From NCBI GenBank assembly GCA_021825585.1, contig JAKAGT010000016.1, positions 33,617 through 97,616 on the forward strand: a DNA stretch of 64,000 nucleotides. The letters run 5' to 3'. The translations under genes were made by a program, and so were the position numbers. Under the pieces are notes generated by a model. It had not been told where the DNA came from. It searched no databases and worked only from the letters and a program-made list of their open reading frames with translations. This DNA is from Bacteroidota bacterium (GTDB taxonomy: Bacteria > Bacteroidota > Ignavibacteria > Kryptoniales > JAKASW01). Of the stretch, positions 9,540 to 18,238 are shown piece by piece; position 1 is the first letter of the stretch; each line of letters begins with the position of its first letter.

Positions 9540-10127
9540 TTAGTTCTCCTTTGTCTCTTTCTGCTTCGCTTCTTCCCGGACAGTGTCGGGTTCCTTCGGC
9601 GCCACCTTCCTCCTCGTCTTGTCGGGAGCGATGATTACCGCCATGTTCTTTCCTTCCAGCTTAGGCTTCTGTTCAACTTTTCCCACTTCAGAGAGGAATT
9701 CGATGAACTTGTTCAGGAGTTCTTCTCCGTGAGCCGCATAAGTTATTTCGCGTCCCTTGAAGAACACACTCCCTTTTACCTTGTGTCCCTGTTCGAGGAA
9801 TTCTTTAGCGTGTCTTGACTTGAACAGGAAATCATGTTCATCGGTGTTCGGGTGGAACCGTATTTCCTTCATCTGTGCTGAGGATTGCCCCTTTAGCTTC
9901 GACTTCTCTTTCTTCGTCAACTCATACATGTATTTTCCATAGTCGACAAGCTTGCAGACCGGCGGGTTCGAAGTCGGAACGATCTCGACCAGATCCAACC
10001 CTCTGGTTTCCGCAAGCCTCAAAGCGTCGCGAGGCGGCATAACCCCTAGTTGCTTTCCATCAGAGTCTATAAGGCGGACGTTTGGGACCCTGATCTCGTT
10101 GTTGATCCTAAGTTTAGGTGTGTTGAT
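9540..10127 (-). CDS. infC: translation initiation factor IF-3 with probable non-AUG (ATC) start
   Basis: The ORF track starts at an internal Met (10040). The conserved N-terminus [22 protein letters not shown] lies in frame upstream. ATC at 10127..10125 is preceded by GGAGGAG with a 6-nt spacer. No in-frame ATG/GTG/TTG lies between it and the thrS stop. Confidence 0.9.
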   Translation of the reverse strand: MNTPKLRINNEIRVPNVRLIDSDGKQLGVMPPRDALRLAETRGLDLVEIVPTSNPPVCKLVDYGKYMYELTKKEKSKLKGQSSAQMKEIRFHPNTDEHDFLFKSRHAKEFLEQGHKVKGSVFFKGREITYAAHGEELLNKFIEFLSEVGKVEQKPKLEGKNMAVIIAPDKTRRKVAPKEPDTVREEAKQKETKEN

Positions 10128-10156
10128 AGGCGTCTCCTCCGAAGGAACTCTTCGGA

Positions 10157-12058
10157 TTAAGTTTTTTCTACTATTTCTTTCTTTATACTTGAAACGAACT
10201 CCGCAAGCTTGACGGCTCCCTTGTCGCCTTCATGGTGTTTGCGGATCGAGACAGTTTCTGAATCCTTTTCCTTCTGCCCAATAATCAACATGTAGGGAAC
10301 CTTCTTGGTTTCCCATTCGCGTATCTTATAACCTACCTTCTCGTTACGGTCGTCGAGCTCGACCCTGACATCTTCCTTCTTCAACGCGTCCACAACCGTC
10401 TTCGCGTAGTCGTTGAAGCTGTCGGTTATCGGCAGGACTGCGGCCTGAACCGGAGATAGCCAGGTCGGGAAAGCACCCGCAAGATGTTCCGTCAGGATTC
10501 CCACAAATCTCTCAAACGAGCCGAATATTGCCCGATGTATCAGGACGGGTCTCTTGGCCTGGCCGTCTGTGTCGATATAAGTCAAATCGAACCTCTCGGG
10601 AAGCATGACATAATCGAGCTGGATCGTAGCCACCTGCCACTCTCTGCCGATGGCATCTCTTATCTGAATATCTATTTTCGGCCCATAAAAGGCGCCGTCT
10701 TTTTCCTTGACGCCGTATTTGATTCCATTGTTTGCGAGTGCCTGCCTCAGCGCACTCTCTGCCTGCTCCCACAGCTTCGGGTCGCCCATCGCATCGTCGG
10801 GCTTCGTCGAGAGCTTGAACGAGACTTCGAATTTGAAGAGTTCATATACGTATTTGACGAGTCCGATAATATTGTCTATTTCCGCCAGGATCTGGTCGGG
10901 ACGGCAGTATATGTGCGCGTCATCCATAGTGATTTGCCTGACCCTGAACATCCCGCCCAGCGCGCCCGAAATCTCGTTGCGATGAAGCCGGCCGATTTCC
11001 GAGTAACGAAGCGGAAGATCGCGGTAGCTTCTTATCTTGTGGTTGTATGCAAAGGAACTTTCCGGGCAATTCATCGGCTTCAGGGAATAAGTTTCCTCTT
11101 CCACGTCGAGGATAAACATGTTTTCCTTGTAATGCCCCCAGTGGCCCGATCTTTCCCAGAGGTCCTTTTTCACGAGCATCGGGGTCGATATCTCGAGGTA
11201 ATTTCTCTTGTCGAGTTCTTCCCGTATGAATTTTTCCAGTTCGCGGAAGATTATCATTCCCTTAGGAAGCCAGAACGGCGCTCCCGGAGCTATGTCGTGG
11301 AACACGAAGAGTTCGAGTTCGCGACCCAGCCTTCTGTGGTCCCGCAGCTTCGCTTCCTCGAGCATCTTGAGATGATCGTCGAGCATCTTCTTCTTTGGGA
11401 ATGAAACCCCGTAAACGCGCTGGAGCATCTTGTTATTGCTGTCGCCCCGCCAGTACGCGCCGCTCGTGCCAAGGAGTTTGAAGTGTTTCAGCTTGCCTGC
11501 GGAGGGAACGTGAGGCCCGCGGCAGAGATCGGTAAATTCTCCTTCGCTGTAGAAACTAATCGTCTCGTCGAGAGCGCTTATTATCTCTACCTTGTAAGGA
11601 TCGTGCTTCTCGCGGAAAAACTTCAAAGCATCGTCCTTCTGGACGACTTTTCTCACAAAAGCATCGTTTTTTTCGGCGATTTCGTGCATCTTCTTCTCGA
11701 TCGCTTCGAGGTCGGCCGGAGTCAACGTCTTATTGATGTCAATATCGTAGTAGAAGCCGTCATCTATGGCCGGACCCACACCGAACTTCGCCTCAGGATA
11801 CAGCGATTGAATGGCATGCGCCATAAGGTGAGAGCTGCTATGCCAATATACCTCGCGCCCCTCGGGCTCCTCAAAAGTCAGGAACTGCACTTCGCAGTCG
11901 CCGGTGATGAGCGTGTCAAGGTCTGAGACCTTCCCGTTGATTTTTACTGCCAGCGCGTCCTCAGACAGAGAGCGGCTTATCTTACGCGCTATCTCCGAAG
12001 CTGCAACGGGAACCTGGATCTCCAGCGTGGAATTATCCGGGAGCTTAATTTTTGCCAT
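10157..12058 (-). CDS. thrS: threonine--tRNA ligase
   Basis: 633 aa with TGS, second additional domain, class II core and anticodon-binding domain. It heads the thrS-infC-rpmI-rplT cluster. Confidence 0.95.
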   Translation of the reverse strand: MAKIKLPDNSTLEIQVPVAASEIARKISRSLSEDALAVKINGKVSDLDTLITGDCEVQFLTFEEPEGREVYWHSSSHLMAHAIQSLYPEAKFGVGPAIDDGFYYDIDINKTLTPADLEAIEKKMHEIAEKNDAFVRKVVQKDDALKFFREKHDPYKVEIISALDETISFYSEGEFTDLCRGPHVPSAGKLKHFKLLGTSGAYWRGDSNNKMLQRVYGVSFPKKKMLDDHLKMLEEAKLRDHRRLGRELELFVFHDIAPGAPFWLPKGMIIFRELEKFIREELDKRNYLEISTPMLVKKDLWERSGHWGHYKENMFILDVEEETYSLKPMNCPESSFAYNHKIRSYRDLPLRYSEIGRLHRNEISGALGGMFRVRQITMDDAHIYCRPDQILAEIDNIIGLVKYVYELFKFEVSFKLSTKPDDAMGDPKLWEQAESALRQALANNGIKYGVKEKDGAFYGPKIDIQIRDAIGREWQVATIQLDYVMLPERFDLTYIDTDGQAKRPVLIHRAIFGSFERFVGILTEHLAGAFPTWLSPVQAAVLPITDSFNDYAKTVVDALKKEDVRVELDDRNEKVGYKIREWETKKVPYMLIIGQKEKDSETVSIRKHHEGDKGAVKLAEFVSSIKKEIVEKT

Positions 12059-12079
12059 AGATACTTCTCAGACTAAGAT

Positions 12080-12103
12080 AAAAAAATCGGAGTCATCTCC
12101 GAT
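12080..12103 (-). terminator. intrinsic terminator / attenuator in the thrS leader
   Basis: Minus strand ATCGGAG-ATGA-CTCCGAT followed by TTTTTT, ending 21 nt upstream of the thrS ATG. No room remains for a promoter between it and the gene. Confidence 0.6.
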
Positions 12104-12390
12104 CTAAGGATGTAAGAATCCCCATTCTTCAGCGGGGAAAAATCCGAAACTCTCAGTAGTCGTCTCAATATACGGAGACGAGATTTACGACAAACAAATT
12201 CAAAACCTTCGTTATGAACAAACGAATGCTCATCGGCGCAGTTTCGCCGCAACTCGGTAACAGACCTGCCAACCGGCATCCGGGCATAGAAAGAACCCAA
12301 CCTCATCCTTATCAATAGAAGATTCTCACCCAGAGGCTGATGTGCCTCCGGCGCAGAACCTCTGACCTCTCTTTGCCACAACGATTTCAG

Positions 12391-12465
12391 TGGGCGATAG
12401 AGGATTCGAACCTCTGACCTCTACAATGTCAATGTAGCGCTCTAAACCAACTGAGCTAATCGCCC
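12391..12465 (-). tRNA. tRNA-Val (anticodon GAC)
   Basis: Minus strand GGGCGAT TA GCTC AGTTGGTTTA GAGC G CTACA TTGACAT TGTAG AGGTC AGAGG TTCGAAT CCTCT ATCGCCC A. Full cloverleaf; CCA not encoded. Confidence 0.9.
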
Positions 12466-12504
12466 GAGATATCAAGAACGAAACCTAAAAGGAACTGCAG
12501 CATC

Positions 12505-12573
12505 CTAAACCAATCGAGTCCTGCGATTCGAGCAGGACGAGATCCCGCGTTAGCGGGACTGAGCTAATCGCCC
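12505..12573 (-). pseudogene. decayed tRNA-Val 5' fragment with a 44-nt two-hairpin insert in the D-loop
   Basis: GGGCGATTAGCTCAGT (16/16 identical to tRNA-Val positions 1-16) is followed by an insert (CCCGC-TAAC-GCGGG and GTCCTGC-TCGAATC-GCAGGAC hairpins), then TTGGTTTAG. No anticodon arm, T arm or acceptor 3' strand follows. Confidence 0.5.
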
Positions 12574-12592
12574 GTATTATGAAAATCGACTG

Positions 12593-12679
12593 TGCCGAGG
12601 GCGGGACTTGAACCCGCACGGCCCGTTTGGGGCCAAAGGATTTTAAGTCCTTCGCGTCTACCAGTTCCGCCACCCCGGC
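12593..12679 (-). tRNA. tRNA-Leu (anticodon UAA)
   Basis: 87 nt: GCCGGGG...GAAGGA CTTAAAA TCCTT, long variable arm, GCGGGTTCAAGTCCCGC, CCTCGGC A. Type II tRNA. Confidence 0.9.
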
Positions 12680-12995
12680 GGAATTCCACCGAAGTCAAAA
12701 CAGGGCCAACAACGTGCTTGATCGACATTCGGTTTCCCGAACGGATTTACCGCATAATTCGCACGTTTTCAAAGAAAGCGGTACACGTCATCCTTTTCGC
12801 TAAATTGCTGATTAATTTAGTCACCATGGGCAAGAAAGTCAACGCGAGAATGAGCGGCAATTCGGTCCAATCGTGAGTCTTTCAGGCCGGCAACTGCCAA
12901 CGTGAAGACCGGAAAAACGCCATTTCTACCGGCATTTTTTAAAGGAGACTTGTCTCTACTTGCCGCCAGTCGTGGAATCTTACAGAGGCGTTCAA

Positions 12996-13241
12996 CTACC
13001 CTGCATTTAATTTTGCCAGCGTATAGGCAAGCTTCTCCGACCCCAATTTGGTGATGCGATAAGCGCCGTCCTGTTCTGTAGCCAGCCTCGTGTCAATGAG
13101 ATCTCTTGCGGTCGCTCGTACGAGATACAAGGGGATATCCGTGATTGAGGCGACCTCTTCGAGCGAATGGTGTTCGACCATAACGCTCATAAGTGTGACG
13201 GCCGCCTCAGTCAGGGTCCCATCGGAATTGGTGCAGGGCAT
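12996..13241 (-). CDS. small stand-alone winged-helix-like protein
   Basis: 81-aa ORF starting 3 nt after the peroxiredoxin stop. The segment SLEEVASITDIPLYLVRATARDLID followed by DGAYRITKLG resembles an HTH plus wing. No family was recognised with certainty. Confidence 0.55.
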   Translation of the reverse strand: MPCTNSDGTLTEAAVTLMSVMVEHHSLEEVASITDIPLYLVRATARDLIDTRLATEQDGAYRITKLGSEKLAYTLAKLNAG

Positions 13242-13244
13242 GAA

Positions 13245-13913
13245 TCAGAGTGCCTTCTTGCTCAGGTACCATTCGACTACTTCCAGGCTCTTGTCTTTCA
13301 TGCGTTGCTCAGCCATGGAAGAGGTGTTCGGCGCTCCCACAATGACCTTTTCCCCCGGCTTCCAATTGGCCGGAGTGGCAACCTGGAACTTGTCTGTGGC
13401 CTGCAGGGCATCTACTACACGGATTATCTCCTGCATGTTTCTTCCCGTCGTGAGCGGGTAGTAGATCATCGCGCGGAGTTTGCTCTCCGGGTCTATGAAA
13501 AAGACACAACGGGAAGTTTCTGTCCTGCTCTCGCCCGGCATTATCATCCCGTACTTCATTGCCACCTCTCTGTTGATGTCCGCGATCACGGGAAACGGTA
13601 CCTTCACGCCGAGCTTCTCTTCTATGTTGCGTGTCCAGGCAATATGGGAGTACACGGAGTCTATGCTCAATCCGAGCAATTGCACGCCCTTCTTGTTCAG
13701 TTCGGAGTTGATTTCGGAGAATCCGACAAACTCAGTCGTGCAAACCGGGGTGAAATCCGCGGGATGAGAAAAGAGAATCAGCCAGCTTCCCTTGAAGTCC
13801 GAGAGTCTCAACATGCCGTGAGTCGTTATTGCTTCGAAATCGGGCGCCGGCTCCCCGAGCCGCGGCAGACCGCGGAACGTCTCAGATCCGTTTGCTCCAT
13901 TATGCTCAACCAT
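13245..13913 (-). CDS. peroxiredoxin (Prx6/1-Cys-like subfamily)
   Basis: 222 aa with peroxidatic-Cys motif FTPVCTTE and a thioredoxin fold pattern. Confidence 0.9.
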   Translation of the reverse strand: MVEHNGANGSETFRGLPRLGEPAPDFEAITTHGMLRLSDFKGSWLILFSHPADFTPVCTTEFVGFSEINSELNKKGVQLLGLSIDSVYSHIAWTRNIEEKLGVKVPFPVIADINREVAMKYGMIMPGESRTETSRCVFFIDPESKLRAMIYYPLTTGRNMQEIIRVVDALQATDKFQVATPANWKPGEKVIVGAPNTSSMAEQRMKDKSLEVVEWYLSKKAL

Positions 13914-14163
13914 TTGTAGTCCCTCCTTCTATCTTTGCCTTGCGTTTGCGATCATAAGAAAAATCCTGACATATAGATTCTCTAACATGGGAACGGGATT
14001 AAAGGTTCAGCAGGTTGCCTGACTGCGGCCGAATGCGGCGGGAATCCTGAAATGCCGTGCGATGTTGATCGACCGGGCGTTTCTTCGGTGTTTGGAATTT
14101 ACGCTTATCAGCATAAATTAAATGAGAAATCAGTAATGGCCCGTTTCGCAAGGAAGGTTTGAA

Positions 14164-16362
14164 TTGTCATACTTAGCAGATGTGAGGAGTGTCGAGAAGT
14201 TGACCCGGCTCATCGATCTATGCCGGAATAACCTCTATACATTCGACGAAAATTTGATAAGGCGGGCCTTCGAGTTCAGCTGGAACGCGCATGTCAAGGG
14301 TAAGCCGCGGGCGTCGGGTGAGCCCTACTTTTCACACCCGTACGAAGTCGCGCTCGTCGTAGCCAAGGAGATTCCCCTCGACGACATCTCGGTCGCCGCC
14401 GCGCTGCTCCACGATGTCGTGGAAGACACCGCATACGATCTCAGGGCAATCCGGGCGGAATTCGGAGACGGAATCGCCGACATCGTTGACGGGGTAACTA
14501 AGATATCCGGTGCGGTCGAGAGTCACGAAATCACTCGTGCGGAAAACTACCGGAAGATGCTGCTGTCGATGGCAAAGGACGTGAGGGTTATTCTTGTCAA
14601 ATTCGCCGACCGGCTTCACAATATGAGGACGCTGGGTTTCCTGTCGTCCGAGAAGCAGAAGCGCATCTCCAAGGAGACGCTCGAGATATACGCACCGCTT
14701 GCCCACAGATTCGGACTGGCAAAGGTCAAGTGGGAGTTCGAGGATCTTGCTTTCAAACACCTGAACACCTCCGATTACGAATATATATCGAGGAAGCTCA
14801 ACGCGAAGCGGCGCGAGCGCGAAGCGTACATCAGGAAGTTCATTCAGCCCATCAAGGAGAGGCTCAACGCGGACGAATACAGATTTGAGATCACCGGTCG
14901 GCCGAAGCATATCTACAGCATCTATAACAAGATGGTCAAGCGCAGCAAGCCGATAGAGGAAATCTACGACCTGTTTGCCGTACGCGTCATTCTCGACACC
15001 GCCGACAAGAACGACTGCTTCTCCGTCTACGGGGTCGTGTCCGAGATCTATACTCCTGTACCGGAAAGATTCAAAGACTACATCTCAGTACCGAAACAAA
15101 ACGGCTACCAATCGATTCACACGACCGTCGTCGGGCCCGAAGGAAAAATGGTCGAGGTGCAGATTCGAACAAAGCAGATGGACGAAGTGGCGGATCACGG
15201 CGTCGCGGCTCACTGGAAATACAAGGAAGGAGTAAAGGAGTCTGACAGGAAGCTCGAAGAATGGATCTTATGGGTGCGCGAGATACTGGAGCAGCCTGCA
15301 GTCTCCAGCGGCGAAGAAGCAGCAACGAGTTTTCTCGAAGGGTTCAAGCTGGATCTGTACCAGGATGAGATTTATGTCTTCACGCCGAAAGGTGATCTCC
15401 AGATTCTTCCTAAAGGAGCTACCCCCGTCGATTTCGCGTTCGAGATACATTCCCAGGTCGGGACGCACTGCGTGGGCGCGAAGGTCAACGGCAGGATTGT
15501 TCCCCTGAACTCGAAGCTCAACAGCGGTGATCAGATCGAGATAATCACGTCGTCCAATCCGAACGTCAACCCGGACTGGGAGAAGTTCGTCGTATCGCGT
15601 AAAGCCAAGGCCCACATCAGGCGTTGGATAAACGAAGAGTCGAGGAAGAAGGCCGCCGACGGTGAAGAAACCTGGACGAAGCGGCTGAAGAAACACAAGA
15701 TGACCCTGACAGAGGAAGAGCTTGCCAAATTGCTCCGTGAACTCAAATACGACAACGCCCAGAAATTTTACATCGCGATCTCGGAGGAGGATGTCGACGC
15801 CGATCAGATCATAGCCCGCCTGACTCAGCAGAAGTCCTCCCACGCGGCAGGCGAAAGCAGCAAGCCCGCGCGGACATTCGTGGAAATCGCCCGGAACGCC
15901 TCCGAAGGAATAATCGTGGACGGCTCACGAACGGAGTGGAAGATTTCCTACGCAAAATGCTGCAACCCCATTCCCGGGGACGAAATTGTCGGCTTCGTGA
16001 CAATGGGTGAAGGGATAAAGGTTCACCGGAGAAGCTGCCCGAACCTTTCGAGGATGGCCGCTTCCGCGAAGGAAAGAATCATCGATGCGAGCTGGCCGGG
16101 TGAAAGCAGCGGCCTCTTCGTCGCGGGCGTCTCCGTCTCCGGCATGGATCGCCCCGGGATCCTGACCGAGCTGACACATTCGATTTCCAATTACCAAAAC
16201 ACAAACATACGCAGCGTCTCAGCCGAAGTCCGAAATGCGATTTTTGAAAGCCTGATTATCATTTACGTCAAGGACAAGGAGCATCTGGAACGGCTGATCG
16301 ACAAATTGAAAAAGATCGAGGGCGTCACGCGCGTAGACAGGATACAGGGCCAAAGTGTCTGA
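14164..16362 (+). CDS. relA/spoT: bifunctional (p)ppGpp synthetase/hydrolase
   Basis: 732 aa with an HD hydrolase (HDVVEDT), RelA/SpoT synthetase domain, TGS and C-terminal ACT. TTG start. Confidence 0.95.
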   Translation: MSYLADVRSVEKLTRLIDLCRNNLYTFDENLIRRAFEFSWNAHVKGKPRASGEPYFSHPYEVALVVAKEIPLDDISVAAALLHDVVEDTAYDLRAIRAEFGDGIADIVDGVTKISGAVESHEITRAENYRKMLLSMAKDVRVILVKFADRLHNMRTLGFLSSEKQKRISKETLEIYAPLAHRFGLAKVKWEFEDLAFKHLNTSDYEYISRKLNAKRREREAYIRKFIQPIKERLNADEYRFEITGRPKHIYSIYNKMVKRSKPIEEIYDLFAVRVILDTADKNDCFSVYGVVSEIYTPVPERFKDYISVPKQNGYQSIHTTVVGPEGKMVEVQIRTKQMDEVADHGVAAHWKYKEGVKESDRKLEEWILWVREILEQPAVSSGEEAATSFLEGFKLDLYQDEIYVFTPKGDLQILPKGATPVDFAFEIHSQVGTHCVGAKVNGRIVPLNSKLNSGDQIEIITSSNPNVNPDWEKFVVSRKAKAHIRRWINEESRKKAADGEETWTKRLKKHKMTLTEEELAKLLRELKYDNAQKFYIAISEEDVDADQIIARLTQQKSSHAAGESSKPARTFVEIARNASEGIIVDGSRTEWKISYAKCCNPIPGDEIVGFVTMGEGIKVHRRSCPNLSRMAASAKERIIDASWPGESSGLFVAGVSVSGMDRPGILTELTHSISNYQNTNIRSVSAEVRNAIFESLIIIYVKDKEHLERLIDKLKKIEGVTRVDRIQGQSV

Positions 16363-16375
16363 TAACGGACGAATA

Positions 16376-16831
16376 ATGGGAATCGATTTCGGCCTGAAGA
16401 GGGTCGGAATCGCGGTGAGCGACCCGATGAGAATTATCGCTCAGGGCTTCGACACTCTCGCCAACGACTCTGCTCTCTCCGCCAAAATTCTCGATATCGT
16501 GAAAAAGATGTCGGTATCGAAAATCGTCGTGGGCAAACCGCTGAAACTGAGCGGCAAAGAGGGCGATTCGGCAATTGAGGCTTCGAAGTTCGCCCGGAAG
16601 TTGAGAGAAAGGCTGTCCCGCGAAGTTCCGGAAGAAGTCGAAGTTGTCGAATGGGACGAGAGGTTTACCACAACCATCGCTCAGAGAACTCAGATAGAGC
16701 TCGGCGTCAGGAAGAAAGACAGGCAGAAGAAGGGGAACCTGGATCGAATGGCGTCTCAACTCATACTCCAGAGTTACCTTGATTCTCATCCCAGGTCAAA
16801 CGATCCTTCGGAGAGACGACCGGATCTGTGA
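16376..16831 (+). CDS. ruvX: Holliday junction resolvase-like nuclease RuvX/YqgF
   Basis: MGIDFGLKRVGIAVSD N-terminus typical of YqgF. An alternative GTG at 16355 overlaps the relA stop. Confidence 0.85.
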   Translation: MGIDFGLKRVGIAVSDPMRIIAQGFDTLANDSALSAKILDIVKKMSVSKIVVGKPLKLSGKEGDSAIEASKFARKLRERLSREVPEEVEVVEWDERFTTTIAQRTQIELGVRKKDRQKKGNLDRMASQLILQSYLDSHPRSNDPSERRPDL

Positions 16832-17529
16832 CCCCCAGGAAACACACAATCAGGAAAGTCGTTCTCGGATTGGCGCTGCTCTTCGTTGTGATTGAGGCGG
16901 TGATGCTTCCCTTCCCATGGACGGTCGCCCGGCTGCGAACTCACAACCCGGGCTTGACGGCGGTAATGAAAGAAAGGATCAGGCAGGCGAGAGCGAGAGA
17001 CGAGCACTACAAGATTGTTCAGGCCTTCGTCCCGTTGTCGAGAATTTCCCCTTCAATGGTTCATGCTGTGATCGTCGGCGAGGACGGAACGTTTTACGAG
17101 AATGACGGCGTTGATTGGTATGAAGTCCAACAATCTTTCAAGAAGGATTGGAAGGACAAGAAGATAGTGAGGGGATCGAGCACAATCACGATGCAGCTGG
17201 CGAAAAATCTGTGGTTTTCGACGAGCCGCGACCCCCTGACGAAGCTGAACGAAGTGATTTCAGCATTTATGCTCGATCATTACCTGACGAAAAACAGAAT
17301 CCTGGAGCTTTATCTCAACTACATAGAATTCGGGCGCGGGATATTCGGAGTCGAGGCAGCCAGCAGGACCTATTTCGGAGAATCGGCCTCACGGTTGACG
17401 CGCGAACAGGCCGCCCGACTCGAGGCAATAGTGCCGAGTCCGATAAGGCATTCGCCGAACTCCCCTTCGAGATTTGTTTCGTTCAGGACGAACATCATCC
17501 TGATCAGAATGGAAGCGAGAGGATGGTAA
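16828..17529 (+). CDS. mtgA: monofunctional peptidoglycan glycosyltransferase
   Basis: 233 aa with a TM anchor and GT51 motifs (EDGTFYENDGVDW, RGSSTITMQLAKN). Confidence 0.85.
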   Translation: MTPRKHTIRKVVLGLALLFVVIEAVMLPFPWTVARLRTHNPGLTAVMKERIRQARARDEHYKIVQAFVPLSRISPSMVHAVIVGEDGTFYENDGVDWYEVQQSFKKDWKDKKIVRGSSTITMQLAKNLWFSTSRDPLTKLNEVISAFMLDHYLTKNRILELYLNYIEFGRGIFGVEAASRTYFGESASRLTREQAARLEAIVPSPIRHSPNSPSRFVSFRTNIILIRMEARGW

Positions 17530-17535
17530 AGACAG

Positions 17536-18186
17536 ATGGATGTAGCAGAACTCAAAGAGCTGATTTCAGAGGGCGAGAATTTCAAGATCGAATTCAAGCG
17601 CCAGTTCAGCTCCGTCGAGAAAATAGCGAAGGAACTGATCGCGTTCGCAAACACGAAGGGGGGGATGATCCTCTTCGGGGTCGATGATGACGGGACAATA
17701 TACGGCGTTGAGAGCGAGAAATCGGAGATCGACCTGATTTACGAGGCGTCGCGCGAATATTGCGAGCCGCCGATAGAACCGATCGTGCAGGTTATCGAGC
17801 TCAACAGGAAAGATGTGGTCGTCGCCATTGTGGAGGAGAGCCGGAAGAAACCTCACAGACTCCAGGATTATAAAAGCGCGCTCTCCCACGACGCGAAGGT
17901 CTATATCAGGATAAACGATAAGAGCGTGATCGCAAGCAGGGAGGTTGTAAAGATCCTGGAGGGGGAGAGCCCCGACAGCGAGCCGCTATCGATAATCATC
18001 GGAGAGAACGAACGAAGGTTGTTCAAACATCTTGAGGAGTACGAACGGATAACCGTGAAAGAGTACGCAAAGCTGGTAAACATAGGTGAGAGGCGTGCTT
18101 CGAGGATACTTGTGAGTCTTGTAAGGGCGGGTGTAATTAGAATTCATACCGAGGAGAGGTTCGAGTACTTCACGTCGGCGTTCTGA
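17536..18186 (+). CDS. AlbA_2 (Schlafen-like) domain DNA-binding protein with C-terminal wHTH
   Basis: 216 aa. N-terminal ELISEGENFKIEFK...IAFANTKGGMILFGVDDDG matches the AlbA_2/divergent AAA-4 pattern. C-terminal KEYAKLVNIGERRASRILVSLV is HTH-like. Confidence 0.7.
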   Translation: MDVAELKELISEGENFKIEFKRQFSSVEKIAKELIAFANTKGGMILFGVDDDGTIYGVESEKSEIDLIYEASREYCEPPIEPIVQVIELNRKDVVVAIVEESRKKPHRLQDYKSALSHDAKVYIRINDKSVIASREVVKILEGESPDSEPLSIIIGENERRLFKHLEEYERITVKEYAKLVNIGERRASRILVSLVRAGVIRIHTEERFEYFTSAF

Positions 18187-18238
18187 TCAAAGTCAAAATT
18201 CAAAGGTCAAAAATCAAAAGGTAAAAACCTGCCCGGAT

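Noticed and set aside
12073-12381. 102-aa ORF covering the thrS leader.
   Set aside because: It has no SD and an Arg-rich, unrecognisable translation. The region is better explained by stacked RNA hairpins and a terminator.
12059-12390. T-box riboswitch upstream of thrS.
   Set aside because: No T-box consensus (…GGTGGTACCGCG…), no AGAGA/GNUGGA-type boxes and no specifier-loop arrangement could be found by eye. The region is kept only as an unclassified attenuator.
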